DNA of 64,000 nt from Haliotis cracherodii (GCF_022045235.1 NW_027266319.1:8494001-8558000), one strand, 5' to 3'; positions 49,730-61,584 are shown, numbered from the stretch's first letter. Notes: generated from the sequence alone by a model not told the origin. Program-made: numbers and translations.

Positions 49730-50984
49730 GTATGTTATTGAATTTACTTCTCAAAAGACGAATGACTAGCAATTACAATCTTTAAGGATTGTCAAATGCC
49801 ACAGCTCATGAATTCAGTGTCGACCTAACAGAAAAAAATCGTTGAATTTATTCCAAAACAAACGGATTCCGTTTCTTTAACCAAATTAATCCAGAGAATA
49901 TTTTAAGATTAGGTACACAGACATGAATGAGGGGAAATTGAAGTAGTTTCAAGTATGACAAAATTTGCATTCTGCTGACCTCCAAAGTAAATTCGAAGAC
50001 ATGGCGCTTCTAATTGTTGTTGTTGAAGAGGTTAACAAATTGGAGCTTGTGCCTCTTGGACTTTCTGTCTGCAGAATGAAGAAAACACTTCAAAGACACC
50101 ATGTATTTGAACAGAATTAACACGACCTTGAGAATACCGTATTGTCTAATGGTAGTGTTATGTTGAAGGCAACACTTGTTTTTTCTTCTTTGTTTCTAAA
50201 TATTCTCTTGTGCAATGTGTGGCATTCTAGTCTCGTTAATGCGTTCTCTTGGTCAACGAGGGATGACGGCGTTCTATCGACTTCCGACTCTTTCATCAGT
50301 TTGTAAATACTGGCTTACGTTTAATGTCAATATTTCTAGAAGAGCACGGGGAGTTGCTAACACTCTGTTCGTGTAATATTGAGTATTTCAGAGTTCATGT
50401 GTGCCTTGGAAATTACAGAATCAATTTTCTCAGTTTGAAGTATTTGATAATGAAAATCAAATTTAAATGGAATGCCAGGTAATGACAAACTTAAATCTTG
50501 GTCAACAAATTTTGCTTTCCTCTTTTCATGCCAAATTGGACATTTTCGACTTTACGTCTGTAATTTCTGGAATTCGTTTACGACTTCAAAAACAATCTTT
50601 TATGTGACATTTTTTCAAACATAAAAAAGTGTGAAACATTTGTTTTTTCAGGCAAAGTGCAAGCATTAAATGAGAGCTCTACCAACGATATATTTTAAAC
50701 TGTTGACGTAATTTTGGCAATATTTATACACCGGTTTAAAAGAAATGGGTAGCGTTTAAGAACACTTTGCATAAGAAATTACGATTTAACATGGCATAGA
50801 CTAGGATTGTAAGACGATATTGAAGTCAGAAGACGAAGCTGAGATAAAACAAATTCATTCTTTGTTTAGAGAATACTACACCAAGTAAATATAAATGGAA
50901 ATGTTCGACTTTTCAAGACCTGTCCTTTTATTTATTTCATTTATAATAGTTTAATAAGTAAAATAATAATAAGTAAAAATACAG

Positions 50985-51092
50985 TTTCTCAACCGGCTTC
51001 TGATGTTGCAGCACAAGTACATCAGGGTAGGCGGAGGATATCGTCATGGTTACTGGTATATCAAATGCCTCCTGGAAGAGCTGGAGATGCAG
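50985..51092 (+). CDS. Host gene exon 5 (FLNRLLMLQHKYIRVGGGYRHGYWYIKCLLEELEMQ), phase 0-0
   Basis: Coding-like composition and CAG|GTAAAT donor; the ATACAG acceptor lacks a good pyrimidine tract, so the 5' boundary is less certain. Confidence 0.7.
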
Positions 51093-51096
51093 GTAA

Positions 51097-51528
51097 ATCA
51101 TCACCATTATCATCACCATCATCATCACCATCATCACCACCACGATCACCACCTTAATCATCATCATCATCATCATCATCACATCACTACCACCATCACC
51201 GACACCAAGATCATCATCATCACCACCATCNNNNNNNNNNNNNNNNNNNNNNNNNNNNNNNNNNNNNNNNNNNNNNNNNNNNNNNNNNNNNNNNNNNNNN
51301 NNNNNNNNNNNNNNNNNNNNNNNNNNNNNNNNNNNNNNNNNNNNNNNNNNNNNNNNNNNNNNNNNNNNNNNNNNNNCCATGATTATCACTATCATCACAT
51401 CACTATCATCATCAACACAACTACCATCACCACCATGATCATCACCATCAGCATCATCAGCAGCAGCAGCGTCACTACCACCATCGCCACCATGATCATC
51501 ATTACCATCACTACCACCATAACCACCA

Positions 51529-51559
<31 letters not shown>

Positions 51560-51640
51560 CATCATCATCATCTCTACCAGCATCAGCATCAGCATCATGT
51601 CCGTTACTGTCCCATCTACCACCACTACATCACACCACAG
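51097..51640. repeat. (CAT/CAC)n intronic microsatellite spanning an assembly gap (51231-51376, 146 N)
   Basis: Direct read. Confidence 0.95.
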
Positions 51641-52352
51641 TACTGTGGACATTCTATATGTGCGGATCATCCCTAAACTCCCATATAATTACACAAACCT
51701 CATATTTTGTACGACAGCCTCGTGCACTCAAAGCTTGAAGACCCCTCAAAGAGTCAATAGCTATTGCAGGCTTAGTTTCAATACATTGGCCTGGCTTCCA
51801 GTTACGTTTTGTAAATCAATACTAGCGTTGCTATCAGGAACTGTAGTCTGTGGCGAGTTGGAGGGACGTGATTAAAGAATAAGGAATCTAGCTATAGATC
51901 AGGGGAAACTTATTCCGAAAAGACATGACGAGTATCCAGTATCATCAAGATCAGTAAAGTCACCATACCCCTTTCGCAGAAATACGTGACTGCCCCAAAC
52001 AAGAAACGATATGGTAATATGCAATCTTAATTATATCAACACCGCTTGAAACATTATTTCAGTTACATCACGGCGTGTCTGTTTGATGTGGAGGACAGAT
52101 CAAAGCCATGCAAAAGTCTTACACTTTTACCGCTTTGGTGTAACCCGCGAGCGCTATTTGGTGCTTATAAACCATGAAGAGGGCGAATTTGGGACTCGAA
52201 CCCACAATCAAATGTTTCTGACACGCCTAAAGGAGGCTCCTCTGCTTTGTGAAAATGTCAGGGAACATGACACAACAAATATTCCATTTTTCTGTCCACA
52301 CCAACATGTTAATTTATTTAACTACCCAAACATAATTATATTTATATTTCAG

Positions 52353-52404
52353 AGACAGCGTGAGATGTTGAGACAACAACGACTTGAGGCCATCAAAGAA
52401 AGCA
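52353..52404 (+). CDS. Host gene exon 6 (RQREMLRQQRLEAIKES), phase 0 to 1
   Basis: TATATTTCAG acceptor, GCA|GTAAGT donor. Confidence 0.82.
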
Positions 52405-52691
52405 GTAAGTGCTGAGAAAAATATCTTCTTTCCTTGTTATACACTGCAGTCAGCAATATTCCAGTTATGTCGCGAGGGTCTGAACATAATATAGTCTTGA
52501 CAAACCAACCAGTTAGTAATAGCCTCAGTAACTAAATTTATTCGCCGTCGGGGTACGATGACACACAATCAGCCACTTGTCACATTGTGGTTACCTTATC
52601 CTCAGTAAGTTTGTTCTTACGACAGACATGGGTGATGAAACATAGTTCCCAACAGGGAAGCAAATGAATAAGTCTTGTTTCCTTATCTTAG

Positions 52692-53431
52692 ATGTGAAGG
52701 CAATCAAGACATACATCCGCACAAAGAGTGGACGGTTGGTCGAGCGCATCGTGTTCCTGAACGAGGAGGACTACGAGGCCTTCAAACAGGGCAAGAATGT
52801 ACAGGACATCCTCAAGCGATACCTCAACAAAGATGAGGCTGCAGGACTGGAGTCCTGGGACAAGGATGAGGTGAAGGCCATAAAGACATTGGTTAGAACC
52901 AAGAGTGGACGTCTAATAGAAAAGCTTGTGTACGTGTCGAAGCAGGACTACGAGGACATCAAGGCAGGGAAGGTAGACGCCAAGAATGTCCTCAAGAAGT
53001 ATGTGAAGACAGAGGACGGCGAGCAGATTGAAGGGTGGGGAGAAGCCAAGATGAAGACAATCAAGACATATGTGAGGACAAAGAGTGGTAGGTTGATTGA
53101 GAAGGTGATTATGATATCACAGGACGATTATGACGCTATGATAAGGGATGGGAAGGATCCTAGTGAGATCATTAAACAGTATCTTCCACTGGAGGAGGGA
53201 CAGACGCTAGAGTCCTGGCAGAGCGCGGAGCCCATGAAAGCTATTAAGACAAAGGTGCGGACCAAGAGCGGTCGTATCATTGAGAAGACCATCTACGTGA
53301 GCGCCGATGACTATGAGAAGATGATGAAGGGAGGCGGAGATCCGACCGACATTTTGAAGAAGTACCTCAATCCCAATGACGGAGACACTATAGAGTCGTG
53401 GGAGAAGGCCCCTGACGGGCAGCCCATGAAG
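52692..53431 (+). CDS. Host gene exon 7: four ~60-aa RTKSGR repeats, phase 1 to 0
   Basis: 740-nt open exon, TCCTTATCTTAG acceptor, AAG|GTAAGG donor; repeats diverge at the DNA level but are conserved in protein. Confidence 0.93.
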
Positions 53432-53676
53432 GTAAGGCTTTCTTTATCAACAAAAATAACAACATGCATATAATAATAATAATTATAATTCACGCTTGCA
53501 TCCCAAGTACCAATTTGTCCGGCTCCTGTTGGTTGACAGTTGGAGATTACCTGGGTTTCTGGTGATGAGCTCAGGACCCACCGACCCCCCAACCCCCCGA
53601 GCCCCCGACCCCTCTCTGATGTTTTTTTGTTTGTGTCATAAAGTATTAAGTATAATAGAAATAAGAATAATACAAA

Positions 53677-53738
<62 letters not shown>

Positions 53739-53790
53739 ATGCTTATGCTGATGCTACTGCTGCTGCTACTGCTAATCATGATGATGATGA
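53677..53790. repeat. (CTA)n/(CTG)n/(ATG)n microsatellite
   Basis: Direct read. Confidence 0.95.
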
Positions 53791-53954
53791 AGATTGATCC
53801 TTTTTGTGGATATGTAATAGTAATAGCATTTAAAGTACTGAAATAAATCATACAGAAGACAATGGAATCGACATAAAACGTATGTAGCAATCATTTGCGG
53901 CGTACTAGCACATGGTCAGGTCCCATGTTTTAGTGTGTACATGTTATTTGTTAG

Positions 53955-54165
53955 GTGGTGAAGACGTACATCAGGACGAAGAGCGGTCGGCTGATTGAGA
54001 AGCAGGTCCTCCTGACAGAGGATGAGTTCCGGGCGTTCCAGGAGTCCGGGGGAGACCCAGAATTCCTCAAGAAGTTCATCAAGTTAGAGAAGGGGGAGAT
54101 CATCGAAGACTGGGAGAAGGCGTCCACTGTGTACTCGGCCACGGATGACCCTGACGTCCAGGCTG
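53955..54165 (+). CDS. Host gene exon 8: fifth RTKSGR repeat, phase 0 to 1
   Basis: TTTGTTAG acceptor, CTG|GTAGGG donor; splicing rebuilds MK-VVKTYIRTKSGR. Confidence 0.9.
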
Positions 54166-54647
54166 GTAGGGACTTTGACCAGTCCGTCTCCCAGACCCTA
54201 TATCATAAATAAACATATTTATAAAACAAATCTAGAATGATTTGGCAAGTCTAGATTGCCTCAGCTCTATAAGAAGTTAAGCCTTGTTCTGGGCTCCATT
54301 TGGATTATATTTGTTATGTATTGTAGATATATATTTTTAAGTAAGAAACTTATTTCTGGGACTAAATCCCAGTATAGGACTTTGACCACCAGTCGTTGTT
54401 AGAAAAACTCTTTGATTCGGTGTGTGGTGGAATCTTTGACCATCAGTCGTTGTTTGGCAAACAGTTTAATTTCGTAGGTTTCACTGGTTTGTGTTGGAAT
54501 CTTTGACCATTGATCCTTGTTAGACAAACTGTTTGATTTGCAGGATTATTGCCAAAGTGTGGAAATCAGTCGTTGTTTGATGTATAAAATGCTGTTCCGA
54601 TGTTATATTTGTATAATTAAGAACATTGTTAATGATGTTATTTTCAG

Positions 54648-54732
54648 CAAAACCCGGAACCCGCATAGTCGGTAAAGATGGCGCCGTCTATGAGGTCGTT
54701 GTCGACCCCGTTACGGGGAAGAAGTACAGGAA
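54648..54732 (+). CDS. Host gene exon 9 (AKPGTRIVGKDGAVYEVVVDPVTGKKYRK), phase 1 to 2
   Basis: TTATTTTCAG acceptor, GAA|GTAGGT donor; phase 2 matches exon 63651. Confidence 0.85.
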
Positions 54733-55195
54733 GTAGGTACTTTGTCATCTCCGACGTGAATGATATCAAACACGCTGATTAGGTGTTGTTTTTTGTGACT
54801 TTCTAATCTCCCGTCGGTCCTAAATTACCGTCCCGCTAAAAAAAATATAGTTTTTAATTTCCAACCATTCGTCCGTCTGAATTTATATTTTGCCGTTTCA
54901 TAGTTAAATCATCAGTGTAGTTCTTTTCTGAAGGATATTTGAAGAAGGAAAGTAGCTTGTCTTTTAAAATTTTCTCCCCGTGCGCATTTGTCTCTGTGCA
55001 TTTGCCGTCCTTTAAGCATCTCCTGAGCTTCGAAAAGTTCAGTAACTATGAACCGAGTTAATGAGCACATGCTCTTTCGGGAAAAGTTCAAAAGTCATAA
55101 CTCTTGATGTCCACTCTGTTCTAAACAGTCAACTACGGTTATAACGAGTTCGGTTACAACGATACTGATAATACGAAAAATTAACTGATGCTAAT

Positions 55196-56545
55196 TGTCA
55201 CGTATTGAATCAACCACAAACACAAATGAAGTTGTAATACAGATTTATTCCCTCCCTTAAAGTAATTTTAAATCCCAATAACAATATCTAAATTCAAACT
55301 AATACCAAATTAACTAACACAACTAACTAAACTAGCTTCTCCTACCAATAACAATACTACCACCTACTACTAATACTAATATCTTAATACTAACAGTACA
55401 AATGTCTACTACTAATAATACAACTATCTCCTACTAACAATACAACTATCACGATACACTATCCTAATACTAATAGTTTACTTCTAAAAATACTAACACT
55501 AATACAGATGTTCTAAGAATAACACAACTAATACACAGTAAAACTTTGTGTGTGTATATATATACAACAACAACACACAACCACAAAAAAAAACAACCAA
55601 AAGATACAAAGCCACTCCACTGTCACTGTCACAACAGTTCTATACAGAACTTTAGAATCTCTGATGTTATTGAGCAGTTCATACGAGAATTCTTCCTCGT
55701 AATAACGAATGGTGATCTTTCCACCCAGGCGATGTTGTCCCCACGGAGTTAGGGGTGCCTGTTTACATGGATGCCACGGCTGTGTTCATCCTACGATGTG
55801 CCACGGAGACGAAGATACTTCTCTCCTTACGTTGGGTCGGAGAACTTCTCTCCTTACGTGATGTTGGAGGTTGTTACTTCCTCCTACGTAATATCGGAGG
55901 TTCTTCCCTCCTACGCACTCTAAGGTTAACCGGCCAGTTCCGGGACACTACAATGTAATATACGCAATTACAGTCACTGAGGTATGTGTCACTACCTCAC
56001 AATACATACAGCCATGCACCAATACTCCGATTTACATATTACTGAGTTGAACTGTTTACACTTTGATCATGTTGTGGTTAATTGTTACAGTGGCTTTACG
56101 CTATTACCATCAATATGTGTATATAATTACGTTTGGAAAAAATACATAACTCAAAATTCTATCCTCTAAAATACAATTCAACATGAAACAATAAATGTAA
56201 AAACTTACGCCAACCAGAGTAGAAGTCTCCCACAATATTAGTCCATGCCTTACATGACCATGCTGATTCTGGCTGACTGTCCAAAGTATTACCCTGCCCC
56301 GCTATTTAAACTGATCCCAAAGCCCAAGCTACCCCTGACCTCCCTATTGTTACACCAATTAACTCCCCAGCTATCAGCCGTACCCAGTCACGCTTCCCTG
56401 AACCTAACCTGTTCCCATAGTATTACCTGACAATATCTAAAAACAACTCGCTAAGCTTAATATACTAATGTAACCATACCGTAATACATCTATCTGAAGT
56501 ACTAACATATAATTAAAATATACAAGATTATCTGTGATCTTGACA
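55196..56545 (-). repeat. 3' LTR (1350 bp)
   Basis: TGTCAC...TTGACA; direct repeat of 61585-62934 with 3 substitutions seen by eye. Confidence 0.97.
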
Positions 56546-56559
56546 TCACCTCCCCACTT
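56546..56559 (-). promoter_or_regulatory. Polypurine tract
   Basis: Minus strand AAGTGGGGAGGTGA abutting the 3' LTR. Confidence 0.9.
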
Positions 56560-56760
56560 AAGTTAATTGTACCTGATCACAATTATATAACAAACAAGAT
56601 CACATATAACTTTGTCCTAACGTCTTTTAAAGACATTATCTAATACAAAACCATATATATACACAATGACAACAATAATACACAAAAAGTAATGACTGTC
56701 ATATCTTCACTATGATGCTGAAAAATGCATTATTTACATACTGCTATGCACACAGTGTGA

Positions 56761-58625
56761 CTAGGGCGAACACCGGCTCAAGAGGTCAGCTCCCACATTC
56801 TCAATCCCCTTGATTGCACGGATCAGAAACCTGTAAGGTTGTAAAGTTAGAGCCCACCTCATCACTCGTCCATTGGTCAACTTGGCTTTGGTCATCCATA
56901 CTAAGGGCTGATGGTCCGTTTCAAGAATGAACTCCCGCCCATACAGATATCTTTCTAACTTCTGTATTGCCCATACTATTGCCAAACACTCCTTTTCTAT
57001 GGTAGAGTACGCCCTCTCACGTTCTGCCAACTTTCGACTCACGTACATTATTGGAAACCGCTCACCTTCCTGTTCTTGTAAAAGAACAGCTCCGATTCCG
57101 ACGTCAGAAGCATCACTTCTTACTAGGAATGTTTTCTCCAAGTCTGGCAGTTTCAAGATTGGAAAACTTGACATGTGTGTTTTCAACGTCGTGAAAGCTA
57201 ACTCTTGACTCTCTGTCCATACTACCTTGTTTGATTTGCCCTTCTTGGTAAGATCAGTCAGAGGCACTGCTATGGCTGCATAATTTGGGATGAATTTCCG
57301 GTAGTACCCAGTTAATCCTAGCAAAGCTCTGACCTGTTTCTTAGTTTGTGGTCGTTCAACATTTAGGATTTTCTCCACATTCTTACCCTCCGGCTGAATT
57401 AGGCCACTCCCAACCCTGTGTCCCAAAAACTCCAACTGTTTGTATCCTATTTTTACCTTTGATGGTCGAGCTGTAAGATGAAATTGCCTTAACCTTGTAA
57501 ATATGTCTCTCAGACTTACCACATGAGGTGACCATTCCTCTGTTCCTTCTATGATGTCGTCTATGTAGTTGTCAGTGTTAGGTATGCTATGTAATACTTG
57601 CCTCATGAGTCGGGAAAATACTGCTGGTGCGTTGACTACTCCAAATGGCATCACCTTCCATTGGTATAACCCATCAGGGGTTATAAAGGCCGTCAGTTCT
57701 TTGCTACTCTCTTCCATTGGGATCTGCCAATATGCCTTGCTCACATCAATTTTGGTTAGGTACTTACAGTGTCGAAGCCTTGCAAATACGGAATCGGCTA
57801 ATGGAATTGGTTCTGCATCAAAGACCGTTACTTGATTCAACTTGCGAAAATCGGTACAAAATCTGTAAGTCTCATCAGCCTTCTTCACAAGTACAATGGG
57901 GGAAGCATATGGTGAGTGAGAGGGTTCTATCACCCCCATATCTAACATTGATTGTATCTCTTTGGCGACAACGTCCCTCATGTGATGTGGAAGCGGATAT
58001 GGTTTGGATCTTATAGGCTCATTGCATGTCAACTTGATCTTATACTGCATACAGTCTACCTTCCCTGGTAAATCACTCAGCACATCCCTGAATTCACTTA
58101 CGAGCTCTCTCACCTCAATTTGTTGTTCTTCTGTCAGGTCCTTGGAAATGTCTACATCCTGATATGTTTCTTTTGAAACTAGCGCAGGTGAAACTATGTC
58201 TAGCATACTTACCTCTTCCGCTTTGACATCTACCAGCCCGGCACTAGCATACATCAGGTGAGCTATGCTGACGTCACATACAGTTGTGTCCTTGATCTCC
58301 TCTCGGTCAATGTACTTTTTCAGTAGGTTTGCATGATAGGTTTTAGTCTTATTACCTACCTGTATTCTGTAATTGCCAATACCAAAGGCCTCCAAGATTT
58401 CATATGGTCCTTTCCACTGGAGTAGGAGTTTGTTGGAATCGGTAGGTAACAGAAGTAACACTTTGTCACCTACTTTCATTTTCCGTGCTTGTGATTTTGC
58501 ATCAAAGAACTTTTTGTACTTACCTGATTTTTTTTTTAGTTCTTGTTGTGCTATATGAATAGTATCTTCCAGTCGGTTTTGCAAATCTAACACATACTCA
58601 TAAGTAGTTCTTACCTCAGGATTTG
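56761..58625 (-). CDS. Pol C-terminal part: integrase GPY/F tail, reverse transcriptase, RNase H
   Basis: WKGPY; SPYASPIVLVKK, MPFG, YIDD; DASDVGIG, EKECLA, DHQPL, ADLLSR. Continues the upstream ORF across a 1-nt frameshift. Confidence 0.95.
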
Positions 58626-61202
58626 TATGTCTTTAGTCCAGATTTCTCTGAGAATCTGCACTGGCCCTCTAACTGTACGCCCGTACAGTAGTTCAAAGGG
58701 AGCAAATCCCAAACTCTCTTGAGGTACTTCTCGGTATGCAAATAACAAAGCAGCTACATACCTGTCCCAGTCATATGGCCGTTCTGCACACATTCGTTTC
58801 AACATTGTCTTCAGAGTACCGTTGAATTTTTCCACAAGGCCATTACACATTGGATGATATGGGGTAGTAGTTAGCTGATGCAAGGATAATAATCTACTTA
58901 CCTCCTTCATTACACCTGAAGTGAACTGGGCTCCCATGTCCGTCAAGATCTCCTTGGGGATACCTACTCTACTGAATATTTCGAAAAGAGCTTCAGCAAC
59001 ATACTCAGTTTCAATCCTTGGCAAAGGTACTGCCTCTGGGTATCTGGTAGCATAGTCAACTACCGTCAAAAGATACCTATTACCTTTGTCAGTGACAGGA
59101 TACAACGGGCCTATCAGGTCAACGGCTATTCTCTCAAATGGTACTTCGATTAATGGCATTTGTCCTAGTGGTATTCTTCTTACCTTGCCCTTGGGGGTTG
59201 TGCGTTGACAAATATCACAGGACAGCACATGTCTTCTAACATCACCCATTATTCCTGGCCAATAAAACTGAGACATAACCCGATCTAAAGTCTTTTTGAT
59301 TCCAAGGTGCCCTCCCATCAATGCTTCATGGCTTACTTTCATCACTTGGGTACGCAGCCCGACTGGTACAACTGCCTGTACAACTTGCTTACCCTTGTCA
59401 AACTTGGTGAAGGTATGCTTCCTATAGAGCATATCATTCTCAATATAGTAAGAGGAAGTACTATGCCTGGTCTCCCTAATTTTCCCTTCCTCCACTAATT
59501 TCCTGACTTTGTCCAAACTGGAATCCTGTTGTTGCTGGGTAATGAACTCACCTCGACTCAATGTCAGCCCCACAGGTTTCAGTGCCTTCAGTGGTTTCAT
59601 GCCTTCTTGTCTTACTCTTCTTTGGCCTCTTGTTTCCACAGCACTTACCATCTGGATATCATCCTTATCCCACGTCTGATCTGGATCGCTTGGTTCTCTC
59701 ACTCCTGGAATATTGCCTAATATCAGGTCACAGAGTGGTGTGTCCATACATGCAGCTCTTACCTTTCCAGTATAAAAGGGTGTGTCCACGGTAATCCATG
59801 CTACGGGAAGTATTAGCACCCTACTATCAGCCAACTTACAAGATTGTGTTTCTGAGGACAACCATTCATCCTCTACCTTTGACCTCCTCACTATTACGCC
59901 AGTACAGCCACTGTCTCTCAGGACATCCACTGGCTTGCCATTTACCTTTCCCTTGTGAATAGGCATGTTGTGGTCTGTAGTAAACATGCTTCCTGAGGCT
60001 ACATCTGGTTCACTCACCCTCTCTGAAGTTGTGGCATCACCATCTACAACTTCAGGTATTCTTGCCTCAACATCTATACAATCTGGAAGGACTGCAGACA
60101 CGTTACTGGTGTATTCACTTACTTGGATACTTGCCACGTTATATTTGGGTTTCTTACACTGTGCTGCCAAATGTCCAATTTGACTACAGTTGTAACATGT
60201 CCTTTCTTTAATAGGAATAAATGGTTTGGGTTTTGTACCACCTGGCGCCTTGTTCTCTCCTGGTTTACCTCGGACCTCTGTTTTGTCATGTTGACCAAAA
60301 CTACCTTGCTTACCATATCTAACAGGACCTGTACCTCTGGCTTCTATAAATTGTTCTGCTAGTCTGGCCATTTCCATAGCATCTTTTGGTTTTCTCTCTT
60401 TCAAGAATATACTAAGATCCCTTCCAGTTACATTTAAAATCTGTTCACGCAACAATAAATCTTTCACACCTTCAAAAGTCTTTTGAGTACCACTAAGCTC
60501 AATCCATCTGTTGAAATAGTTCTCAATTCTAACTACAAACTGTGTGAATATCTCACCTGTATCATTTTTAGCAGTTCTAAATTTCTGATGAAATCCATCC
60601 TCTGTCATTTCATAGCGTTTTAGCAATGCAGTCTTAACAGCAGTATAATCTTCTGCGTCATCTACACTTAATCTGGAGTATACTTCCAAAGCCTTACCTT
60701 TTAGTAGCGTACAAAGATATGCTGCCCAATGACAAGGCTTCCAACCTTGTGCTACAGCTACCCGTTCAAACCGTTGAAGATATGCATCAATGTTGTCATT
60801 GCGGTCTTCAAACGGAGGCATCTTAGGCATCTTAGGTGCAGCACCTGATTGTTTCTCTCCTACCTGTCCTTCATAATTTCCAGCATAACTCTTTTCTAAC
60901 TTGGCTAATTCTATTCTCTCCTCTGATTGCACTCTTAATTTTTCTTTCTCCCATTCTAACTTTTCTCTCTCTTTTCTCTCCTCCAATTCTAATTTTTCTT
61001 TCTCCCATTCTAACTTTTCTCTCTCCTTTCTCTCCTCCAATTCTAATTTCTTGATCTCCCGCTCCCTTGCTCTTTCCTCTCTTTCTAACTTTTCCTTCTC
61101 TTTCTCTCTCTCTAACTCAGTTTGTTCTTTTACAAACGTCCTCAAATCATTTTGCTCATACCCTAAACTCTGACCCAATTTGATAATCTTTTCAAGATCC
61201 AT
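58611..61202 (-). CDS. Gag (coiled coil, capsid/SCAN-like, CCHC knuckle) - aspartic protease - integrase
   Basis: First ATG at 61202 (MDLEKIIK); CYNCSQIGHLAAQC; LRDSGC; H..H..CDIC; DLIGP...TDMG...VEKFN (DDE). Confidence 0.95.
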   Translation of the reverse strand: MDLEKIIKLGQSLGYEQNDLRTFVKEQTELEREKEKEKLEREERAREREIKKLELEERKEREKLEWEKEKLELEERKEREKLEWEKEKLRVQSEERIELAKLEKSYAGNYEGQVGEKQSGAAPKMPKMPPFEDRNDNIDAYLQRFERVAVAQGWKPCHWAAYLCTLLKGKALEVYSRLSVDDAEDYTAVKTALLKRYEMTEDGFHQKFRTAKNDTGEIFTQFVVRIENYFNRWIELSGTQKTFEGVKDLLLREQILNVTGRDLSIFLKERKPKDAMEMARLAEQFIEARGTGPVRYGKQGSFGQHDKTEVRGKPGENKAPGGTKPKPFIPIKERTCYNCSQIGHLAAQCKKPKYNVASIQVSEYTSNVSAVLPDCIDVEARIPEVVDGDATTSERVSEPDVASGSMFTTDHNMPIHKGKVNGKPVDVLRDSGCTGVIVRRSKVEDEWLSSETQSCKLADSRVLILPVAWITVDTPFYTGKVRAACMDTPLCDLILGNIPGVREPSDPDQTWDKDDIQMVSAVETRGQRRVRQEGMKPLKALKPVGLTLSRGEFITQQQQDSSLDKVRKLVEEGKIRETRHSTSSYYIENDMLYRKHTFTKFDKGKQVVQAVVPVGLRTQVMKVSHEALMGGHLGIKKTLDRVMSQFYWPGIMGDVRRHVLSCDICQRTTPKGKVRRIPLGQMPLIEVPFERIAVDLIGPLYPVTDKGNRYLLTVVDYATRYPEAVPLPRIETEYVAEALFEIFSRVGIPKEILTDMGAQFTSGVMKEVSRLLSLHQLTTTPYHPMCNGLVEKFNGTLKTMLKRMCAERPYDWDRYVAALLFAYREVPQESLGFAPFELLYGRTVRGPVQILREIWTKDIQILR

Positions 61203-61563
61203 ATCTAGCTGTATGGTGATAGTATGAAGTACAAGTACAGTTAAACCCAGCAGGCTTAGTCTTGGACAACTGTGAATAATGAATGCTACCAATAGGAACT
61301 TAGACTATACAAAAGTACATTCATGCATAGAATGGAACCCAAAAATATAAAATTCCAACCAATAGCCTAATCTGACCAATAAATGAAATACACCCTACCA
61401 ACCTTGATTCTAACTCGAACACTCAAGGATGTAGAAGTGGTGCCGGAGGTCCTATCACACCTCTGGCCAAACAAATACTACAAGGATAAACCATCAAGGA
61501 AGTAACTCCTAATCTCTCATAGAATGATGGTCTGAGTTAATTCAATAGTGACAATAATTAAAT

Positions 61564-61581
61564 ATCCCACCGCTGCCACCA
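61564..61581 (-). promoter_or_regulatory. Primer-binding site complementary to the tRNA-Leu 3' end
   Basis: Minus strand TGGTGGCAGCGGTGGGAT, 3 nt from the 5' LTR; matches the recalled tRNA-Leu(AAG/TAG) end ATCCCACCGCTGCCA-CCA. Confidence 0.88.
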
Positions 61582-61584
61582 AAA

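Noticed and set aside
51003-51875. 290-aa His/Ile/Thr-rich ORF
   Set aside because: Read-through from exon 5 into a (CAT)n microsatellite and an N gap; a donor exists at 51093.
55546-56430. Short ORFs duplicated in both LTRs
   Set aside because: No domain signal, and their identity is explained by LTR duplication; no env-like ORF was found.
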